DNA of 40,445 bases from a virus (Duplodnaviria > Caudoviricetes), in IMG/VR virus record IMGVR_UViG_3300016665_000331, positions 1-40,445 of that record, one strand, 5' to 3'. The notes beneath the pieces are model-generated. The model searched no databases and had not been told where the DNA came from. It worked only from the letters and a program-made list of their open reading frames with translations. Position numbers and translations under genes: made by a program. Positions 9,601 through 15,551 of the stretch are shown here, piece by piece. Within the stretch, counting starts at the first letter, position 1. Every line of letters starts with the position of its first letter.

Positions 9601-12072
9601 TCACGGTTGCGGATTGATGCCATGGCCAGTGGACAGGTTGGTTCTTGCCCCGTGTTCGGCCTCAAACACGGCGAGCTCCTTGGCGGTCGTATTGTCCTCG
9701 CGGTTCATCACGATCTTCGCCTCGATCTCAGCCTGACGTTGGCGCATCTTTTCCATCTCAATCGACATCTTCTGCAGGGTGGCGGCCGCCGAGGCCTCCG
9801 CCTTCTGCTGTTCGATGGCGAGGCGCGCCTGTTCGGTCTGGGCGTTGATCTGGTCGGCTGCGGCCTTGCGCTGCGTCTCAGCCATCAGAACCTGCGTCGG
9901 ATCCTGCGGCCGTGGCGGCGCCAGCTTGGACATCGCCTCCATAGCCTGCTGGATGATCGGCATCACCGCGCCGAGCGTTTGTTCGATCTGCGGCATGTAA
10001 TTGATGCTCGCCTGCGCCAGCGTGCGGTCGATCTCCGCCTCGATCTCAGGATCCTTGCTGTTCATGAACTCTTCGAGCGGGACGCCTGCCGCGGCACTGC
10101 TCTGCTCATAGATCGTCTTGGCGTACCACATCGCCAGATGCTCTTTGACATGCTGGAGAACGCCCGGAATGAAGGTCGGCGCGATCAAGGCGTTGCCGCC
10201 AAACATCGGCGATTTCAGGTAGTCCAAATGCGCTTGCAGATGCGCGAGGTGGTCCTGCTCCGGGAACGCCATGACCGGGCGCCCGAGGGTGAGCGCGAGG
10301 TTCTCGTTGATGGCGTTGAGCTCCTGCGGCTCCGGCTTCTTGACCAGAAGCTTCTCGGCGTTCGGGATCTTGGTGCGCTCAAGCAGCATCTCCTCGACCG
10401 CGCGCTGATCGTAGAGCTGCGGCATGGCTGCGGAGCGCTGGGCGACGAACTGCATCTGCGCATAGCGCTGCGTTTCCGAAAAGATGTTCGGATCGCTCAC
10501 CGGCACGATGTCCATCGGACCTTGGAAATCGCTCGCATACGCGAGGTGCTCGCCGGTCTGCTTTTTGATGTATTCGTCGTCGAGGTGCTTGGCGTTCAGG
10601 CGATGCAGAACCTTGAGCAGCATCGACATCGAATTGTGCAGGCGCGCATGGATGGCGGAGAAGACCGTCATACCCTGCTCGATCATGGCCAGCGTCGTGC
10701 CGACCGGAACATTCGGGTTCTGATCCTGAAGCTTCTCGAAGGTCGTGCGAACAACGCCCTTGGCGGCCTCGGTCACGAAGCCGAGGAGCTGGTAGAGAAC
10801 AGGGTTCGGCGGGTTGAAGGGGACCGGCATAGCGATCTTGCGGATGTCGTCGACGCCCACGCCACCCTCGATCTCAGTGACCTGCGTCGGCTCGATGCGG
10901 TCGCTTTGACCGCCCCGGTTGCCGCCCTTGAGCTTCAACATGCCCGGGAAATTGTTGATGTGGGCGCTGTCGAGCAGGGCGCGGAGCGATCCGGTCGCGG
11001 CGGCCGACAGGCTTCCGATCATGTGCGGAAGACCAATCGGATAGGCGCCGCGCCACGGGACGAAGGGGAACTCGACCATGTGGACGAGCTCCTGCTGCAT
11101 GTCGTCGTCGGGATCCCAGTTGCGATAGATCGCGAGCACCTTGTGGCTCGTGTCGTCGACCGTGACAAGGTAGGGCGCGAGCCCGAACTGGTCTTCGATC
11201 TCCAGATAGCAGGCGATCTCGAACACGGTGCGCAGCCCATCCTCGTTGTAGGAGGTCTGCTTCTTGCCCTCGATTTTGTCGTTGGCCTTCGCTGCGCCTG
11301 ACTGCTGCGGCTCGGTCGGAGCCGTCAGGTCGAGGTCGCGATAGAAGCCAGATCCGACGCGCTTTTCATATTCGAGGCGCGTCAGATACTGCGCATGCGT
11401 CTTGCGCTCGGAGCTGTAGAAGCTCGTCGCGCTGTAAGGCAGGTAGACGTCGTCGATGGGGATGAACAGGGCCACCGGCCGGTTCTTGTTGTCGTCCCAG
11501 TAGAGCTTGAGGTATTGGGCTCCGCCCAGCGGCACCTGCGTCGTCAACTGTTCGAACTCTGACCGGAACTCGGCCATCTGTTCGGTGAGCTGCCAGTTGG
11601 TGAATTTCTTCTTGCGCTCGGCCTTTTCGATCTTCTGAGCCGTGACGTCGCCGATGATCTTTTCCTTCACCGGGCCGTCCGGCGGGAACAGCTCCTTGAT
11701 GACGCGCGAGGCGAAATCAACGCAGGCTTCGGTCAGCATCGGATGCACGACACGGCTCGCGCCTTGGAACTGGGCGCCGCCGGGCGCGTCGTCGCCAAGG
11801 CCGGTGCGGCGCAAACCTTCTTCGTATTGCTTGTCGCGCAACGAGCGCGCTTCCTTGTCGCGCTCGATGAACTCGACCAGCGTCATCGCAATGTCGCCGA
11901 GATCGCTTTCGGCCATAGTCTCGGCGAGATTGCTGTAGAATTCCGCGTTCTCAGCCGCCTCTGGGACGTCGATGGTGACGAATGCAGACCCGTCTTCGTT
12001 CTCTTCGACGTCGGCTTCGTCGTCGTCCATCTCCAGCTCGAAGCCGGGCTTGTCGAGATCGTCTTCGGCCAT
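9601..12072 (-). CDS. Portal protein
   Basis: 823 aa; ASRVVHPMLTEACVDF, YPIGLPHMIG, LRALLDSAHINN, PVGTTLAMIEQG, PVSDPNIFS; coiled-coil C-terminus. Confidence 0.88.
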   Translation of the reverse strand: MAEDDLDKPGFELEMDDDEADVEENEDGSAFVTIDVPEAAENAEFYSNLAETMAESDLGDIAMTLVEFIERDKEARSLRDKQYEEGLRRTGLGDDAPGGAQFQGASRVVHPMLTEACVDFASRVIKELFPPDGPVKEKIIGDVTAQKIEKAERKKKFTNWQLTEQMAEFRSEFEQLTTQVPLGGAQYLKLYWDDNKNRPVALFIPIDDVYLPYSATSFYSSERKTHAQYLTRLEYEKRVGSGFYRDLDLTAPTEPQQSGAAKANDKIEGKKQTSYNEDGLRTVFEIACYLEIEDQFGLAPYLVTVDDTSHKVLAIYRNWDPDDDMQQELVHMVEFPFVPWRGAYPIGLPHMIGSLSAAATGSLRALLDSAHINNFPGMLKLKGGNRGGQSDRIEPTQVTEIEGGVGVDDIRKIAMPVPFNPPNPVLYQLLGFVTEAAKGVVRTTFEKLQDQNPNVPVGTTLAMIEQGMTVFSAIHARLHNSMSMLLKVLHRLNAKHLDDEYIKKQTGEHLAYASDFQGPMDIVPVSDPNIFSETQRYAQMQFVAQRSAAMPQLYDQRAVEEMLLERTKIPNAEKLLVKKPEPQELNAINENLALTLGRPVMAFPEQDHLAHLQAHLDYLKSPMFGGNALIAPTFIPGVLQHVKEHLAMWYAKTIYEQSSAAAGVPLEEFMNSKDPEIEAEIDRTLAQASINYMPQIEQTLGAVMPIIQQAMEAMSKLAPPRPQDPTQVLMAETQRKAAADQINAQTEQARLAIEQQKAEASAAATLQKMSIEMEKMRQRQAEIEAKIVMNREDNTTAKELAVFEAEHGARTNLSTGHGINPQP

Positions 12073-14447
12073 CAGATCGTCCTAAGCTTGTTCAGCGGCG
12101 AGATGCCGACCGAGGAGGCGACGTTCGGGTTCTGCGCGATAGGGGATTGGGTTGGCACAGAATTCCTGTTTGAAAGAGCGTAGAGCGGACCGTTCACATT
12201 GACGTTCGGGGCCGCCGCTGCAGGAGACGGCGCCGCAGGCGAATAGAATGGCGTCCCAGCTTCAATGGCGTTTCGCGGGCCCATTCCCGGCGCCGACGCG
12301 ATTGGGTTTCCGAAGCCAGCCCCATCGCTATACGCCATTTGCGGAAATGAATAACCCTGCGGCGACCCGGGCGGCAAGCCCGGCTGCGAGGGGTTTACGT
12401 ATCCGCCATCGGCATAACGATAAAATGCGTGTTCTGCCCCATAGCCGTAAGCCGACGGATCGGTCAGAGCGACATATTGCCGGGCCGGGGTCGGGGTCGT
12501 TGCTGATCCGGCCGTTGTGGGCGTTGCCGTCGTCGTGGGCGTTGCCGTCGCCGTCGTCACGGGTGCAGCGGTCGTCACGGGTGCGGCGGTCGTCGCACCA
12601 AGGCTCGCCAACGGCGTCAAAACCGGCGTCACGGTTCCGAGACTAGGCTGCACTGCGTCTGGGGCGCCAAAGACGCCGATGCCAGTTGTCTGGTCGGGCC
12701 AACCGCCGGCGGTCGGGACGGATGGCGCAGGTGTCGACGGGGGCTGAAGTGCGCCGGTCGCTTGGTTTGCGATATTCTGCCACCACTCGGTAGGCGCGGT
12801 TCCCCCGCCGCCGACGCCCGTGTCGCCACCGGCTGTTGGTCCTGTCCCGGTTCCAGTGCCGGAGCCAATCCCTGCGCCAGTCCCTGTGCCGGAGCCAATC
12901 CCTGCGCCAGTCCCTGTGCCGGAGCCAATCCCTGCGCCGGTTCCTGTACCGGTTCCAGTGCCAGTCGACGGGGCGCTCGGAGAACCGACGTCGAGGTTGC
13001 CCGGGCCGGTGATCGTCAGCTCCAAAGGCGAAGTGGCAGGGGGCGCTTCGGCCTGCTGCTGATTTGCCTGCTGCGCCATATTTGGAGACTGGTCTACCGA
13101 TTGGGCCCACTGGTTGGCATAAGCATCTGGGTCAAAGCCGATAGCGTTTTCGAGGCCGCTCGGGCCTTGTGACTGCTGCCCCTGATCGGAGGAAGGCGCA
13201 GACGCCCATCCTGTATCGGGGCCACCTGCAATCGTGCCCATGCCAGACGCGGATGTGCTGCTGGTCGTTCCCGCCATACCTTGGCCGCCCCAGCTGGAAC
13301 TCTCCACGCCAGCCGGGCCGCTCAAGCCAAATTGGCCAGCGGCCGTTTCACCCAAGGCGCCGCTCAATGCGCCAGCCGCTGAACCGAACGCTGACCCCGT
13401 TCCAAGGCCACCCGCCCAGCTTGTATCCGCGCTCGGAGCCGCGCTCGGCGCCGACGGAGCGGCAGCTTCTGGCGCACTTGCTTCCGGGGCGGATTGCGCG
13501 GCCTGTGCGGCCTGTGCCGCCTGTGCCGCCTGTGCCGCTTCTGCCATGCCCGCGTAGTAGGACGCCATCGCGGCGTCTTGCTCCTGCGAAGAGAAGCCCA
13601 TCTGACCGGACTGTTGCGCAGCGCCAATCGCGCTTTGCGGGCCAGCCGGCGCGCCTTCGTCAGCGCGACCGGAAAATTTCCCAGCCTCGACGTTGGCCAT
13701 GTAATCTTCAATGTTTACGTTTGGCGCATCTTCAGGTGCGCTCTCTGGGGCGGCGCTCTCTGGGGCGGCGCTCTCTGGGGCGGCGCTCTCAGGTGCAGAG
13801 CTTTCAGGTGCAGATGCTGCGGCGGCTTCAGCCGCTGCAGCATCAGCTGCCGCAGCAGCAGCAGCGCTTTCTGCCGCGCTATCCGCCGCGCTATCCGCCG
13901 CGCTATCCGCCGCGCTATCCGCCGCGCTGTCAGCTGCAGAAGCAGCGCTGTCCGCGGCGCTGTCGGCCGCGCTATCCGCCGCGCTGTCAGCTGCAGAAGC
14001 AGCGCTGTCCGCGGCGCTGTCGGCCGAAGCCGAAGAGGACGCGTCGGCGGAGCTTTCGCCGCTGTCAGAAGACCCAGCCTCGCCACCGGCCTCGCCACCG
14101 GCCTCGCCACCGGCCTCGCCACCAGCCTCGCCGCCAGCGTCACCGCCATCGTCACCGCCATCGTCACCGCCATCGCCACAGCCACAGCCGCAACCGCAAC
14201 CGCAACCGCATCCTTGTGCGGCGAGCGAGATGTGGCGCTCTTCCATCAGGTAGGCCTTCGGCCCTCCGAGTAGGTTGAGGAGCTTGCGCTCCTCGGAGCT
14301 GATCTCTGGCGCGGCGCGTTTCTCGCCGCGTTCCAGTTTGGCGGTCTCCACGATCTTCGTGGCCAGTTCGGACACGGCGCTGCTGCCCTCGGCGACGTAG
14401 TGCTTGAGGAGCTTCGCCGCCAGTTCGCGGAGACCTGCTTCGTTCAT
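12072..14447 (-). CDS. Low-complexity repeat protein with (Gly-Cys)6 and acidic Gly/Ala/Ser repeats; possible internal virion protein or modification substrate
   Basis: 791 aa; overlaps both neighbours (ATGA, TGATG); helical N-terminal ~75 aa, then GCGCGCGCGCGCG, DDGG, GGEA, ADSA, AAPES, AAQ, GTGTGAGIGS repeats; YADGGYV motif. Confidence 0.75.
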   Translation of the reverse strand: MNEAGLRELAAKLLKHYVAEGSSAVSELATKIVETAKLERGEKRAAPEISSEERKLLNLLGGPKAYLMEERHISLAAQGCGCGCGCGCGCGDGGDDGGDDGGDAGGEAGGEAGGEAGGEAGGEAGSSDSGESSADASSSASADSAADSAASAADSAADSAADSAADSAASAADSAADSAADSAADSAADSAAESAAAAAAADAAAAEAAAASAPESSAPESAAPESAAPESAAPESAPEDAPNVNIEDYMANVEAGKFSGRADEGAPAGPQSAIGAAQQSGQMGFSSQEQDAAMASYYAGMAEAAQAAQAAQAAQAAQSAPEASAPEAAAPSAPSAAPSADTSWAGGLGTGSAFGSAAGALSGALGETAAGQFGLSGPAGVESSSWGGQGMAGTTSSTSASGMGTIAGGPDTGWASAPSSDQGQQSQGPSGLENAIGFDPDAYANQWAQSVDQSPNMAQQANQQQAEAPPATSPLELTITGPGNLDVGSPSAPSTGTGTGTGTGAGIGSGTGTGAGIGSGTGTGAGIGSGTGTGTGPTAGGDTGVGGGGTAPTEWWQNIANQATGALQPPSTPAPSVPTAGGWPDQTTGIGVFGAPDAVQPSLGTVTPVLTPLASLGATTAAPVTTAAPVTTATATPTTTATPTTAGSATTPTPARQYVALTDPSAYGYGAEHAFYRYADGGYVNPSQPGLPPGSPQGYSFPQMAYSDGAGFGNPIASAPGMGPRNAIEAGTPFYSPAAPSPAAAAPNVNVNGPLYALSNRNSVPTQSPIAQNPNVASSVGISPLNKLRTI
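12856..12938. repeat. 30-bp tandem repeat, about 3 copies (encodes GTGAGIGSGT)
   Basis: gtgccggagccaatccctgcgccagtccct x2 plus a partial third copy. Confidence 0.9.
13735..14213. repeat. Array of 6-, 12- and 15-bp coding tandem repeats
   Basis: gcgctctctggggcg (AAPES), gcgctatccgcc (ADSA), gcctcgccaccg (GGEA), tcgtcaccgcca (GGDD), caaccg/cagcca (CG). Confidence 0.9.
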
Positions 14448-14917
14448 GATGCTGCCCGGTGCTCGTCGTAGAACCGCGACAGGGTCGGGAACTTCGACAG
14501 GTTGACGCCATTATCGCCCAGATTGGCCACTTCGATCAACTTGAGATCGCGAAGCTCTTCGGCCGTAACATCGACCGGGTCTCCCGTTCGCCAGTTTTTG
14601 ATCGCCTCGCCCTCGAAACATTGCGGCCGGTTGATCGTGCAAAACAGCCACGCGAGCCGTTCGGCGCGGACGCCGAACAGCTGTTGCAGCACGGCGCGCT
14701 GGTCGATGGGGATCGTGCGCTCCCGGAAGCTGTTGGTGCCGTAGACGGAATGGAGGCCGCCCGCGAGGGCGACCTCTTCGTCTGCGCCCATGCGCTTCAG
14801 GTCGTCATAGGTGTTCGTCAGATGCTCGCCCAGCGTCAGGCCCATCTTCCGATTATGCTGCTTCTTGAACGCGCCCACCCGTTTCAGCGCGATCAGCAGG
14901 ATGTGCCGCTTACTCAA
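14444..14917 (-). CDS. DUF6817-like (HD-fold-related) protein
   Basis: QH...LGEHLTNTYDDLKRMG...ALAGGLHSVYGTNSF...LFGVRAERLAWLFC...EVAN; TTG start overlapping upstream stop. Confidence 0.7.
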   Translation of the reverse strand: MSKRHILLIALKRVGAFKKQHNRKMGLTLGEHLTNTYDDLKRMGADEEVALAGGLHSVYGTNSFRERTIPIDQRAVLQQLFGVRAERLAWLFCTINRPQCFEGEAIKNWRTGDPVDVTAEELRDLKLIEVANLGDNGVNLSKFPTLSRFYDEHRAAS

Positions 14918-15551
14918 GAGGGCGACCCTTCATGACCAGCACGCGGCGCGCCACCGGACACACCCGACTGACGCCACGGCCGCAATGCTTCATGGCGCCG
15001 GGAAACACGCTCAGGCGTCCGTAGCGCGGCAGGATCGCCTTGATGACGTCGTCGTCTTCGTTGAAGAAGACGGTCTCGCCGGCCCAGTCCGGCTCCCAGT
15101 CCTTCTCGTAATAGATCACGGCCGTCTGGTCTTCGGGGAACTTGCTGTCCCGGTGAATGTAACCCTCGACACCGTAGGTGTGCGCGTTGGCGTAGGCGCG
15201 CACCAGCGTCGGCGTGGTCGGCAAATAGCGCGGCTGGATGTAGTCCCACAGCGCGCGGATCGGCTCGGCAACTTCGTGATAGACCTCCTCCCGCTCGACC
15301 TTGCTGTCGGACAGGACGATGTTCCAATGGCCGAAGCCGATGTTCTTGTTGGAGCGCCAGCCATACTGCCAACCGTGGCGCTCGACCTCGGTGATGGCGG
15401 CGCCGAGGATTTCTTCGGGGATCGCGTCGTCGTAGCAACGGATCTTGTCGGCGTCAGTCAAACCCTTCGCCGCCTCAAGCAGGGCGGCGTCGGCTTTCAT
15501 CTTCGCGACGAGCGCCTCAATGGCGTCGTCATATTTCACGACCTCATTCAT
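14910..15551 (-). CDS. 2OG-Fe(II) oxygenase (prolyl-hydroxylase-like)
   Basis: HxD (YIHRDS), WAGETVFF, PRYGRLSVFPGAMKHCG (distal His), downstream Arg (ARRVLVMK). Confidence 0.88.
   Translation of the reverse strand: MNEVVKYDDAIEALVAKMKADAALLEAAKGLTDADKIRCYDDAIPEEILGAAITEVERHGWQYGWRSNKNIGFGHWNIVLSDSKVEREEVYHEVAEPIRALWDYIQPRYLPTTPTLVRAYANAHTYGVEGYIHRDSKFPEDQTAVIYYEKDWEPDWAGETVFFNEDDDVIKAILPRYGRLSVFPGAMKHCGRGVSRVCPVARRVLVMKGRPLE

Noticed and set aside
12856-14213. Repeat arrays as CRISPR
   Set aside because: Tandem in-frame coding repeats with no unique spacers; the Cas4-like DUF2800 gene is a standard phage replication nuclease
14260-14310. EISSEERKLLNLLGG as a classical double-glycine bacteriocin leader
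   Set aside because: Only a partial fit to LSxxELxxIxGG and no C39 peptidase/ABC transporter in the window; kept only as weak support for the cassette finding
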